Positions 1-9,717 of a stretch of 64,000 nt of DNA are shown in pieces. Position 1 is the stretch's first letter. Every line of letters begins with the position of its first letter. The DNA comes from Sediminibacterium sp. GTDB taxonomy: Bacteria; Bacteroidota; Bacteroidia; Chitinophagales; Chitinophagaceae. Under the pieces are notes generated by a model that saw only the letters and a list, made by a program, of their open reading frames with translations, ran no database searches and was not told where the DNA came from. The stretch is taken from positions 9,528-73,527 of the forward strand of contig JBIINW010000001.1 of assembly GCA_044337245.1 (NCBI GenBank), given 5' to 3'. The position numbers and the translations under genes were made by a program.

Positions 1-111
1 AGTAACCTTAATACCCTCCTCTTTTCCAATGACGCCGTTTTTCTTCAGCATCACCAACAAAATTACAGCGGCAACAAGGGCAACAACTATCCAGATTAAT
101 TTCTTTTTCAT
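1..111 (-). CDS. Efflux RND transporter periplasmic adaptor subunit, 5' part (runs off the window)
   Basis: Not in the ORF track. ATG at 111 gives MKKKLIWIVVALVAAVILLVMLKKNGVIGKEEGIKVT, a basic N-terminus plus membrane anchor, directly downstream of a TolC-family gene. The product call rests on context. Confidence 0.7.
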   Translation of the reverse strand, partial: MKKKLIWIVVALVAAVILLVMLKKNGVIGKEEGIKVT

Positions 112-142
112 ACAAATTTATTTTGCGAACGTGCAGGGGTTA

Positions 143-1603
143 CTATAATTTGATTCCTTTTCCTTTATAAAATTCTAATAATTTCATCTTAAACACGTAA
201 TCGAACTGATTCGTGAGCAATTGTATTTTGGCTCGTAATAAGCTGTTCTGATTGGTTATCAGATCTAAAGAGCCCAACAATCCAATTTCATATCTTTTCA
301 CAGAGAAATCGTAGGCTTTCTGAGCCGTTTCTACGCTTTTTTTACTTGCATTATACCGCTGCAATGAGGTTACAGCATTTGTATAGGCGAGGTAGATATC
401 CTGTTTTAACTTGATGTCGGCGGATTCTTTTTGCAATTCTGCCGATTTTACGTTTAACTGCGACTGTTTTACAGATGTGCGGGCCTGGTGATTGGCAAAA
501 ATGGGTATGCTTAAATTGAAGCCGATGTTTTGACCCAAGTTATTATCTATCTGAGACCCCCACCCATTCCAAAGTTGGCCAAATGAGCGGCTCGACTGGA
601 CTGGTTTATAAATGGGATTTTGAACAAAATAATTATTCGGGCCAATAGCCACAATTGGTTCGAATCCTGATATGGGATTATATCCGCTAAAGTTGGCGCC
701 GCTGATATACTTTACGGAATTAGAAAAGTTTGTGCTCAAGTTTCCTCCTACGGTTAGTGTAGGATAGGCTTGGGCTTTGGCTACCAGCACATTTTTTTCT
801 GCCGCTTTAATCCGCAGGGCATTTACTTTTTGCAAGGGCTGAGCTTCGAGTCCCTGCTGATATACCAGTTCGGGTTGCAATTCGGCAAATGATTCGAGGG
901 GGATTTTATCTACAGAAGGCGTAACAACATTGAAGGGGGTTCCGGGATCGAGGTTGAGTACTCCCATCATGTTGAGCAAATTTTGTTGCTCTGTAGCCAC
1001 CGCCGAAAAGTAGTTACTGCTGTCGGAAGCCAGTTGCGCTTCTACTTCTGCCAGGCTTAGTTCGGGTAATACACCGGCTTCTACCCGCTTACGGGTAATG
1101 TCTTGCTGCGATAAACTTTGACTAATCTGTACTTTGCTGATATTTAGTTGCTCACGGGAAGCCAAAATTTGCAGGTAGAAGGTTGCAACAGTAAATGAAA
1201 TATCGTAGGCGGTTCTTTCCACATCTTGTAATGCAGCTTTGGCACTAAAAATGGCAGCTTGTTCGGTATTTTTCAGTCGGCCGAAATTATAAACCTGCAT
1301 GCCTACATTCAAACCAAAATTTTGGTATAAGAACTGGGTAGTGGCAAATGAGTTGGTAGTAGGATCGATAGAACGACCAAAACGCATACCTGTTCCGGAA
1401 TTGGCCGAAACATTCGGCAAAATGTTATACTTCGCCTGATCGGCTTGTAACTGGGCTATGCGGGCGTTAATATCGGCTTGTTTTACCGAGATATTGTGTG
1501 CCACGGCATAATCAATACATTGTTTCAAATCCCATACTTGAGGGGTTTGGGCCTTTCCTAAAAAAGGGGCGAAGATGCAGCCAAGAATGAATAAATGCTT
1601 CAT
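143..1603 (-). CDS. TolC family outer-membrane efflux protein
   Basis: Signal peptide MKHLFILGC (start moved to ATG 1603). WDLKQCIDYAVAHN start, two OEP-type repeats, LSIPIF motif and C-terminal FKMKLLEFY. Confidence 0.9.
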   Translation of the reverse strand: MKHLFILGCIFAPFLGKAQTPQVWDLKQCIDYAVAHNISVKQADINARIAQLQADQAKYNILPNVSANSGTGMRFGRSIDPTTNSFATTQFLYQNFGLNVGMQVYNFGRLKNTEQAAIFSAKAALQDVERTAYDISFTVATFYLQILASREQLNISKVQISQSLSQQDITRKRVEAGVLPELSLAEVEAQLASDSSNYFSAVATEQQNLLNMMGVLNLDPGTPFNVVTPSVDKIPLESFAELQPELVYQQGLEAQPLQKVNALRIKAAEKNVLVAKAQAYPTLTVGGNLSTNFSNSVKYISGANFSGYNPISGFEPIVAIGPNNYFVQNPIYKPVQSSRSFGQLWNGWGSQIDNNLGQNIGFNLSIPIFANHQARTSVKQSQLNVKSAELQKESADIKLKQDIYLAYTNAVTSLQRYNASKKSVETAQKAYDFSVKRYEIGLLGSLDLITNQNSLLRAKIQLLTNQFDYVFKMKLLEFYKGKGIKL

Positions 1604-1732
1604 GACTGCAAATTTAGCCGAATGGATGCCTATGGAAGTAAAAACTTCTATCAACGGAAACAATAGCCATACAATGGTATCATTTCTGTTATGAAAGGTT
1701 TTTGGGGTGGGATAACCGGTAAGTTGGGGAAA

Positions 1733-3079
1733 TTAGGCTTCGGGAGCTTTGCGTAATGACCGGGTAATAAAAAATAGGCCAATAAAAGCAGCCAGCACGC
1801 CCAAACCTATCAGGGCTGTTACGGGAGTTTGCATAAAAATACTTACCCCCACAAAGCAATAAGCCGCCATAAATAACAGGGGAATGAAGGGAAATAATTT
1901 CATCTTAAAAATGCCGGTGCCATCCAGATGGGCGGTTCGCTTTCGCAAGATAAATATGGTTGCACTGGAAGCTACCATCCCAAAACAATCGAGAAATATG
2001 GTAAAGTTGAGTATCTTCTCAAAGGTTTGGGCAAAAAACAAAATTACGATGCAAATTCCGGCAAATACGGTTAACGAAGCTACCAATACATCATTTTTAT
2101 CCGATTTTTTGGCAAATAGGGCTGGTAAAACACCTTCTTCGCTCATGGCAAACATTACTCTAGGATTGCTCATCAATAAAGCATTTACATAGGCCAAAAC
2201 CCCAAAGAATAAGAAAAAGGAGAAAATATCTGCTCCAGACTTGCCAAAGGTTTTCATCATCAGCACATAGGCTATTTCTTTTTCTCCCTTCATCTGTTCA
2301 AAGCCTACAATTTGGTAATAACTAAAATTGGCTAACAGGTATAAGGCAATTATTATGGCAATGCCGATAAATATCCCCTTAGGAATATTCTGTGCAGGTT
2401 TTTTTACTTCACTGCCAAAATTTATGGTTTGCTGATATCCTCCGTAGGTAAAACAAACCGCAATCATACTGGCCCCTAAACTTTTTATCCAAGGCATCCA
2501 TCCCACTTCAACTTCATTGGAAGCTGATACGGTTGCAGTTGGTATCGCCGCTCCCTGGTGAGGGAATAGAAGCGCCAGTATCAATACCCCAATCATACCA
2601 ATCTTAATAATCATGAGGATATTTTGTGCCCGCGAACTCAAAGACAATCCCCGCAAATTGATAAAATAAAACAGGATGATGGCTGCGCAACTGATTAAAG
2701 CTTTATCAATATCCGTCCAGGCAATTCCAGGAAATAATTTTGTAATATATCCACTCCCAATTAAAGCTACCCCGCTCAGGCTGGCCGCATTGCTGATTAA
2801 AATAATGCAGTTGATACCAAATGCAATACTGGGATGATAGGCATACGAAAATATTTTATAATATCCGCCAGTAACCGGATACCTACTGCCAATTTCTGCA
2901 TACGTGAGTGCGCCGCATAAAGCAATGATTCCACCCAAAATCCAGGCAGCAAAATATACCGAGGGAGTAATGGCAAAACTGGCGCTGGTAGCTGCTGATC
3001 GGAATATACCCATGCCAATCACCAATCCCACCACAATCATGGTGAAACTAAATAAATTCAATTGTTGTTTTGCTGCCAT
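1733..3079 (-). CDS. APC family amino-acid permease
   Basis: About 12 hydrophobic segments, G-x-V-I-G-M-G-I-F in TM1, GALTYAEIGSRYPVTGGYY and YGGYQ motifs. Likely start MAAKQQ at 3079. Confidence 0.9.
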   Translation of the reverse strand: MAAKQQLNLFSFTMIVVGLVIGMGIFRSAATSASFAITPSVYFAAWILGGIIALCGALTYAEIGSRYPVTGGYYKIFSYAYHPSIAFGINCIILISNAASLSGVALIGSGYITKLFPGIAWTDIDKALISCAAIILFYFINLRGLSLSSRAQNILMIIKIGMIGVLILALLFPHQGAAIPTATVSASNEVEVGWMPWIKSLGASMIAVCFTYGGYQQTINFGSEVKKPAQNIPKGIFIGIAIIIALYLLANFSYYQIVGFEQMKGEKEIAYVLMMKTFGKSGADIFSFFLFFGVLAYVNALLMSNPRVMFAMSEEGVLPALFAKKSDKNDVLVASLTVFAGICIVILFFAQTFEKILNFTIFLDCFGMVASSATIFILRKRTAHLDGTGIFKMKLFPFIPLLFMAAYCFVGVSIFMQTPVTALIGLGVLAAFIGLFFITRSLRKAPEA

Positions 3080-3219
3080 TATAAAAAAGTGTGCGTTAAA
3101 TATAAGACACTTATCTGAAACCCTTCCTTTCCCCTGAAAGTATCGTATAAATCGAGGTGAATTGGGAAGCCATTGAAATATTGCTACCTTCATATTCCCA
3201 ATAAATCCCCCAACTGTTT

Positions 3220-3798
3220 ATGAATATATCTATCAATGAATTGATAACGGTTAGTTTTACCTTATTTGCAGTAATAGATATTGTAGGATCGGTTCCCTTA
3301 TTGATTTCGCTGAAAGAAAAAATGGGAGGAATTCGTTCTATTCAGGCGACCTTAATTTCCGGGGCCCTGATGATTTTATTTTTATATGCAGGCGAACCAT
3401 TTTTGCGCATTTTGGGTTTAGATATCTATTCATTTGCGGTAGGTGGATCGGTGGTAATTTTTTTACTGGGATTAGAAATGGTATTGGGCCACGAAATATT
3501 TAAGGGAAATCAGGATATCAAATCCGGCACCCTTGTACCTATTGCATTTCCCATTATTGCCGGAAGCGGAACCCTTACCACCATTATGTCGCTGAAAGCA
3601 AATTTTAACGAAGCCTATATATTAAGTGGTATTTTAATAAACCTCGTAGTGGTTTATATCGTTCTTACTTCGCTAAAATTTATCGAACGAGTTCTGGGAC
3701 CCGCCGGGTTGATGGCAGTTCGTAAATTTTTTGGCGTAATTTTATTGGCAATAGCTGTTAAACTATTCAGCAGTAATATTGCCAAATTCGGAAAATAA
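3220..3798 (+). CDS. MarC family integral membrane protein
   Basis: LFAVIDIVG and VPIAFPIIAGSGTLTT motifs, six hydrophobic segments. Confidence 0.9.
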   Translation: MNISINELITVSFTLFAVIDIVGSVPLLISLKEKMGGIRSIQATLISGALMILFLYAGEPFLRILGLDIYSFAVGGSVVIFLLGLEMVLGHEIFKGNQDIKSGTLVPIAFPIIAGSGTLTTIMSLKANFNEAYILSGILINLVVVYIVLTSLKFIERVLGPAGLMAVRKFFGVILLAIAVKLFSSNIAKFGK

Positions 3799-3802
3799 AA
3801 AT

Positions 3803-5755
3803 TTAGGGTTTCTTTACCCAATCGTCTGTTCTAAACGGGGAAGCCGGTATTCCTTCCTTGTTATAAAGATTACATCCTTTGGGATTATTGGCCCAAGCAT
3901 AGCGAACTGCTATGGGTTCTGATATTGCATCGCTTTCTACCCTTACTTTATTTTTACCGATTATCGTAGCGGTAGCCCAAACAAATTTTTTATCGGCCCC
4001 TGCAATCGCAAATTGCTGAAGCGGTTGATCTCCGGTGGCTATCAATCCCGATCCGGCATGGCGGAAGGTTAACTCTATTGCTTTTCCTTTTTTAGTAAAA
4101 GAGGCTAATTCGGGACCAGAGTAAACCAAATTATTTTCTTGATAGGCAATTTTTCTGGCTGCCAGTGCAAGGCGGTCGCCTACTTCTTTTTTATTCAGTG
4201 GATGCACATCGTAGGTTTCACCTATATCGATGGTTACTGCTAAGCCTACATTGGGTAAGTCCATTGCTGCCTGTTGCTGTGCTTCGCGCAAATTTGCCCA
4301 ACCACTTTCGCCGGGTTCCTTTACTATTTCCATGTAATTAGCTAGCTGTACAATCAAAAACGGAAAATCGCCCTGCTGCCATCGGCTGCGCCAATCTTTT
4401 ATAAGTGCAGTTAACAGTTGCCGGTAATCACCCGCCCTTCCCCCATTGGATTCTCCCTGATACCAGGCCGCGCCTTTGATGGTGTAAGAAATTAAGGGAT
4501 GTATCATGCCATTATACAAGGTAATGGGCTGGGTAAACATTTTAACAAAACTAGCAACGGGTAGGGGTGCTACCAGGTTACCCGCAGCATACTCCCAATT
4601 TCCGGCTAAGCTTACCTCACTATCTTTAAATAGTAATCGATATTTTTTTTCTGCTATAAATCCTCCATTCCCATCGGTATCTACAATACGAACAGTAATC
4701 GTGTTGTTACCTTCCTTTAAAAAACCAGCGGGTACTTTATATTTTCGGGCTACATAGCGGTTGGTGCTATACCCTACCAGCACCCCATTAACATAAGTAG
4801 AGTCCGCATCATCAATCATCCCCAATTCTAACCAGGCTTCCGTACTTGCCTGTTGCGCAGTAAGTGCAAATTTCTTTTTACACCATACTACGCCATCCGC
4901 ATCTTTTAATCCATATTTTTCCCAAAAACCCGGCACCTGCATGCTACCTATATTATTTGCAGGAAAGTCGTTCTGTTTCCAATTATTTTCCGGTAGCCTT
5001 CCCTTATCGCCTTCCTTTGCATCTTTTTGCCATTGATTGGTAACCGTTCGTTCCCGAGTAATGGCTGCTTTCATATTTATTGAATCCTGATAAAAATGAT
5101 AACGCTCGAGATAACCAGAAAAATCACGTAACCCCTCTTCACTAATCCAAGATTCGGCAGGGGTTCCGCCCCAGGTACTCTTGATTACCGCCATGGGTAC
5201 TTTATATTTTTCGTACAAAGCCTTTACCATAAAATAAGCAACCGCCGAAAAACTGCCGATATTGGCAGGATTAGCCACCCGCCATTTTCCATTTAGCACT
5301 TGGTTGGGATGTAAAGCATATTGCTGGTTTACCTGAAATTCGCGAATCATTGGATTATTTGAAGCAGCAATTTCGTCCGGATATTTTTCGGTTAGTTTGC
5401 CCATTATAAAATCCATGTTCGACTGGCCAGAGCATAGCCACACATCTCCCATTAAAATTTCACGAATGGTTTTGGTTTCCTTACCTGCCTGAATGGTTAG
5501 CGTATACGGGCCTCCTGAAGGGGTTGCGGGTAATTGCAATTGCCAACGTTGTTGTGAATCTGCCAAGGCTTTGAATTCCTTCCCATTAAAACTTACGGTT
5601 ACCGGACCCTCTCCATTCCACCAGCCCCAAATATTCACGGGCTTGTCTCTTTGTAAAATCATACTGTCACTCACCATTGCCGGCAAACGAAGCTGTGTCT
5701 TTCCGGCAAAAGAGATCAACAAAGTGAAAAACAATAAACAACGATATTTAGTCAT
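3803..5755 (-). CDS. Sialate O-acetylesterase-like (SASA/SGNH) secreted esterase
   Basis: Signal peptide, GDVWLCSGQSNM, WGGTPAESW, WYQGESN and DVHP motifs, with an inserted sugar-binding jelly-roll segment (LELGMIDDADSTYVNG). Confidence 0.88.
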   Translation of the reverse strand: MTKYRCLLFFTLLISFAGKTQLRLPAMVSDSMILQRDKPVNIWGWWNGEGPVTVSFNGKEFKALADSQQRWQLQLPATPSGGPYTLTIQAGKETKTIREILMGDVWLCSGQSNMDFIMGKLTEKYPDEIAASNNPMIREFQVNQQYALHPNQVLNGKWRVANPANIGSFSAVAYFMVKALYEKYKVPMAVIKSTWGGTPAESWISEEGLRDFSGYLERYHFYQDSINMKAAITRERTVTNQWQKDAKEGDKGRLPENNWKQNDFPANNIGSMQVPGFWEKYGLKDADGVVWCKKKFALTAQQASTEAWLELGMIDDADSTYVNGVLVGYSTNRYVARKYKVPAGFLKEGNNTITVRIVDTDGNGGFIAEKKYRLLFKDSEVSLAGNWEYAAGNLVAPLPVASFVKMFTQPITLYNGMIHPLISYTIKGAAWYQGESNGGRAGDYRQLLTALIKDWRSRWQQGDFPFLIVQLANYMEIVKEPGESGWANLREAQQQAAMDLPNVGLAVTIDIGETYDVHPLNKKEVGDRLALAARKIAYQENNLVYSGPELASFTKKGKAIELTFRHAGSGLIATGDQPLQQFAIAGADKKFVWATATIIGKNKVRVESDAISEPIAVRYAWANNPKGCNLYNKEGIPASPFRTDDWVKKP

Positions 5756-5813
5756 GTCGGTATTTTAAAGTGTTCGGTTTTCAAGATACGTTTTTAGCAT
5801 AAAACAGTCACCC

Positions 5814-7634
5814 TTATGAAAAATAATATAAAATCCAAATAGTAACCCCTGCCAGCAAGGCGGAATAAAAATCAGTTGAATGCAAAAAGGGTTGCCTTTT
5901 TATTTCGGTTTTAGCACGAGGAGAAAAATAGCGGAGTCCGGCAAATAACGCCGCAGTAAACAGTGCTGCCGGCCAGGATAAGGAAGCAGCCGTAAATCCA
6001 GCATATATCAAACAGCCGAAGAAAAGATGTCCGCCAACAAAAAATGAAATTGGCAGCACCATTTTTTTGGCTGAACCCATCACATCCATATCATTTACCG
6101 GAATGTTTGAAGGCTGTTTTTTATTTAGCCAATAAGAAAGAATAGATTGAATCATTATACATCCAATGAACACAATCATTACCCGGTGTAAGAAATTAAT
6201 ATGCTCACCCAAATAACTATGCAGGAGGGGGATGGATGAAAAATAGTGGTCGTAACTATATTCAACTGCCCAGCTTAATAAAGGAGAGATGATTAATACA
6301 GCCACTGCCGAGGAAGGATGTATTTTTTTAAAACATACGCCCATAAAAAATACCGTAACAATACCCGGCTTTAGGTAGGAACTATTTTTAGAAAGCACCA
6401 GAAAAAAATTGCCGCCCGATGTGGGGGTGAATGTAACGAATGCAAGTACTGCAGCCAAAGCAGTTAATATTACCACAAACCATCTTCCTGCTAAAACCAA
6501 TTGTTGGTCGGTAGCATTTCGATGAAAGTATTGCTGATAAATATCTACCGTTAATAAAGTAGAAGCTGCATTGAGCATAGAATAAATACTCGAAAAAATA
6601 GCCGCTGTTAATCCGGCCAATATCCAACCAAATAAACCATATCCTGCAGGAACCACTTTACTCATTAATACCAGAAATGCATCATCGGGCTGAACGCCCT
6701 CTAAGTGCCAAGTATATTTAAAAAGATAAGCAGCTGCCACTCCTGCAGCAATGGAGAAAAAGGGAATGGTAAGTTTTAAAAATCCCGCAACAATCGCTCC
6801 CAGTTGTGCATCGCGATTGGTTTTGGCAGAAAGTACCCGCTGCACTTCAAACTGATTGGTGGTCCAGAAAAATCCCTGTAATACCAAGAGTCCACTAAAT
6901 ACCCCAGTCCAGGGAAGGTCGGGATGATTAGTTGGCAGATACAATTTCATCTTGTGTTGCCCCACTGCACTAGTATCAAGATGCAGTAAGCCCGACAAGC
7001 CCCCAATTTCTGCTCTACTCAGCGTTAGCCAACCTACTATTACCAAAGAAGATACCATCAAAACAGTAATCATATTTTCCGAAACAACCAGCGATTGCAT
7101 TCCGCCCCAGCAAATCAGGCAACAGGATATCACAGCGATACAGAGAATCCCCTGCAGGTAGGAGAAAGTGAAGTTGCCCACTGTAAATAACAATCCCAGT
7201 TGGCGACTGCCAATATATAAACCACCCACCAATAAAATAAGAATGATACCAATGATGCAGATACTGTAGATCAATCTAGCCCCGGAATTATACCTGTGTT
7301 CCAGATAAGCGGAAAGGGTAAATACGCCTCGCTGTCGATAAACCGGAATAAACACATAGCAGAGAAATATGATAGCGGGGATGGCCAGTATTTCGTAATG
7401 ACTTTGCGCGAATCCGATGGAATAGCCAATACCGAGCATGCCGATAATTTGAGATAGGCTCACATTGGCTCCATAAATGGACCCGGCTACCGACCACCAG
7501 CGTAGGGTTCTACCGGCCATAAAATAATCTTCCGCATTTTTCTTTTTCCTACCTGCCCAGATACCGCATCCCACTAAATAAAGCGTTAGTGCTGCAAAAA
7601 CCAACCAATCTGTAAACCCCAGCAATTGTAGCAT
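5814..7634 (-). CDS. Sodium:solute symporter (SSS/SLC5, sugar-transporter-like)
   Basis: EDYFMAGR, WGGMQS and NQFEVQRVLSAK motifs, more than 13 hydrophobic segments. Confidence 0.9.
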   Translation of the reverse strand: MLQLLGFTDWLVFAALTLYLVGCGIWAGRKKKNAEDYFMAGRTLRWWSVAGSIYGANVSLSQIIGMLGIGYSIGFAQSHYEILAIPAIIFLCYVFIPVYRQRGVFTLSAYLEHRYNSGARLIYSICIIGIILILLVGGLYIGSRQLGLLFTVGNFTFSYLQGILCIAVISCCLICWGGMQSLVVSENMITVLMVSSLVIVGWLTLSRAEIGGLSGLLHLDTSAVGQHKMKLYLPTNHPDLPWTGVFSGLLVLQGFFWTTNQFEVQRVLSAKTNRDAQLGAIVAGFLKLTIPFFSIAAGVAAAYLFKYTWHLEGVQPDDAFLVLMSKVVPAGYGLFGWILAGLTAAIFSSIYSMLNAASTLLTVDIYQQYFHRNATDQQLVLAGRWFVVILTALAAVLAFVTFTPTSGGNFFLVLSKNSSYLKPGIVTVFFMGVCFKKIHPSSAVAVLIISPLLSWAVEYSYDHYFSSIPLLHSYLGEHINFLHRVMIVFIGCIMIQSILSYWLNKKQPSNIPVNDMDVMGSAKKMVLPISFFVGGHLFFGCLIYAGFTAASLSWPAALFTAALFAGLRYFSPRAKTEIKRQPFLHSTDFYSALLAGVTIWILYYFS

Positions 7635-7644
7635 GTAGTTAATA

Positions 7645-8808
7645 TTAGCGAAGGGAAGCGGTGGTGAGTGGAGTTATGGGGGTGGAGGAAGGTTTTCTTC
7701 CCTGCAGCACATTCAGCTGTGCCAGAGAAAGTTGAGGCAAAATATGTTCGGCAACCAAACGAGCTTCTTCCAACAGCGGATAACCCGACAAAATAAAGGA
7801 ACGAATACCCATATCCATGTATCGATTAAGTTTGGCCACAATTTGAGCAGGGGTTCCAACCAATGCGCCACCACACCCGCTGCGGGCACGACCAATGCCC
7901 ATCCAGAGATTGGGTTCTACAAAATCATCCGCATCGGCTTGTTGGTTTCGGAGCGCATCTTGTCGCTTTACTCCCTCCGATTGGGCATCCTGGGCTCTGT
8001 TTTTCAAATTGAGGGTATGCTCATCAAAGCGGCTCATGATATGCCGGGCATAGTCTCGGGCTTCCTGTTCAGTTTCTCTTACGATAATATGTATGCGCAA
8101 TCCAAAATCGATTGTTCGGTTTTCCGCAGCTGCCCGCATGCTCATATCCTGCATGGTTGCATAGATACTTTCTTCTGTTTCGGGCCACATCAAAAATACA
8201 TCACAATAGCGGGCACATAAATCACGCGAACCGGGAGAAGTTCCGCCAAAATACAGCAGCGGTCCGCCATTTTGCTGATAGGGCTTTACGGGATCAGTTG
8301 AAAGCTGTAAATCAGTATATACTTTACCCTGATGATGGATGGTATCTTTCGTCCAGGCCTGTTGCAGAATTTCAATCACTTCCGCACAGCGTTGGTATCT
8401 GAATGCTGGATCTTCGCGCAACCCGGGTAAATCAGAATTGATGATATTAATCGTGAGTCGCCCCTCCAACAAATGGTCGAGCGTGGCAATATGCCTTGCC
8501 AGCATGGGGGGATGAATTTCTCCGGTTCTGATGGCAAGCAGCAAATTCATTTGATGGGTACTTCCGGCCAAGGCAGCCGCAAAGGGAATTCCCTCTTGCC
8601 CAACCATATAGGAGGTTGGCAACAACAAATTCTTAAACCCCTGTTGATCAGCCAGTTGGGCAATTGAACTGCAATGGGCAGCATTACTTCGCCGACTTTC
8701 ATCCAATACGCCCAAGAATTCAGTATCACCCCCGCATAAATCATCGAACCAAGCAACTTCACAGCTGCGGGCGGCAGTTCGGATGGGTACACAAGTATAT
8801 GTTGCCAT
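7645..8808 (-). CDS. LLM-class flavin-dependent monooxygenase, SsuD-related and resembling sulfoquinovose monooxygenase SmoC
   Basis: ATLDHLLEGRLTINII, KPYQQNGGPLLYFGG, CDVFLMWPE and LWMGIGRARSGCGGALVG motifs. Likely start MATY at 8808. The SmoC resemblance is from recollection of that family, not a search. Confidence 0.85.
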   Translation of the reverse strand: MATYTCVPIRTAARSCEVAWFDDLCGGDTEFLGVLDESRRSNAAHCSSIAQLADQQGFKNLLLPTSYMVGQEGIPFAAALAGSTHQMNLLLAIRTGEIHPPMLARHIATLDHLLEGRLTINIINSDLPGLREDPAFRYQRCAEVIEILQQAWTKDTIHHQGKVYTDLQLSTDPVKPYQQNGGPLLYFGGTSPGSRDLCARYCDVFLMWPETEESIYATMQDMSMRAAAENRTIDFGLRIHIIVRETEQEARDYARHIMSRFDEHTLNLKNRAQDAQSEGVKRQDALRNQQADADDFVEPNLWMGIGRARSGCGGALVGTPAQIVAKLNRYMDMGIRSFILSGYPLLEEARLVAEHILPQLSLAQLNVLQGRKPSSTPITPLTTASLR

Positions 8809-8916
8809 AGAGTAAGATGGAGACAAACAAATTAGCAAAATTCTTTCAAATTAAAGATATTTGATAGGAAACTACTGGGTGTATCCCGGAAAAAATCTTA
8901 AACATAAACAAAGTAT

Positions 8917-9678
8917 ATGCGAAACTCAATTTCTATCAAACTATTCGGTTTTATTTTTTTAGCTGTATTTATATTTCTTGAGGGTTGTATCAATATGTCT
9001 AAACAAGAGGCTGCCGACAAACCAGTTGGTAAGCAGGTAGTAGATTCAACTGCTAATTATCTAATTAAAGTAAATTATCCTGCAGAGCCTCAAGACAAAG
9101 AAGAGGTGATGAAAAAATGGGTTGACCTGAAGCTGAGTGATAAAAAATTTGAATGGAAAAATCTTACCACGCCTCGAAATGAGTATCAAATCAATTATTC
9201 AGTTGTACAATCTGATTCTTCCCAAACAGTGAGTTATCTAATGAATGAATATGAAAACACGGGCGGGGCGAGTGGTAATCAAAAAGTAACCAGCTTTTCT
9301 TTCAGAAACAACCAATTAATGGATATCCAGGGCATTCTGAATTTTTCGAATGGCAATGACTTACAGTTAACCAAATTGCTGGCTACCAAAGCTGCTACCG
9401 ACACGAATACATTCAGTGCTGCCATGTTGAATGAAAGTTTTGGTTTGAACTTTCTAAAAAAAGATGGCGTATCACTAGACACGGCCAAATGTAAGTGCAA
9501 TGCATTTTTCTTTGGCTCGAATTTACAGTGCTATGTAATTCGCAATGAAGGGATTGGTTTTGTGTTTGGAAAGTATGTGGTTGGACCGGGTTCATCACAA
9601 ACGCCTGAGATTTTACTCGACTGGAAAACACTGGCCCCATTTATACAAACCGGCTTTGAAAGAACACCCAAGAAATAG
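8917..9678 (+). CDS. Putative lipoprotein, RsiV/DUF3298-like fold
   Basis: Lipobox-like LEGC after a hydrophobic stretch. YENTGGASG and GIGFVFGKYVVGPGS resemble DUF3298/RsiV proteins. Confidence 0.55.
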   Translation: MRNSISIKLFGFIFLAVFIFLEGCINMSKQEAADKPVGKQVVDSTANYLIKVNYPAEPQDKEEVMKKWVDLKLSDKKFEWKNLTTPRNEYQINYSVVQSDSSQTVSYLMNEYENTGGASGNQKVTSFSFRNNQLMDIQGILNFSNGNDLQLTKLLATKAATDTNTFSAAMLNESFGLNFLKKDGVSLDTAKCKCNAFFFGSNLQCYVIRNEGIGFVFGKYVVGPGSSQTPEILLDWKTLAPFIQTGFERTPKK

Positions 9679-9717
9679 CGAAGGCAAACACATTCACATT
9701 TTAACCTTGTGACTCCT

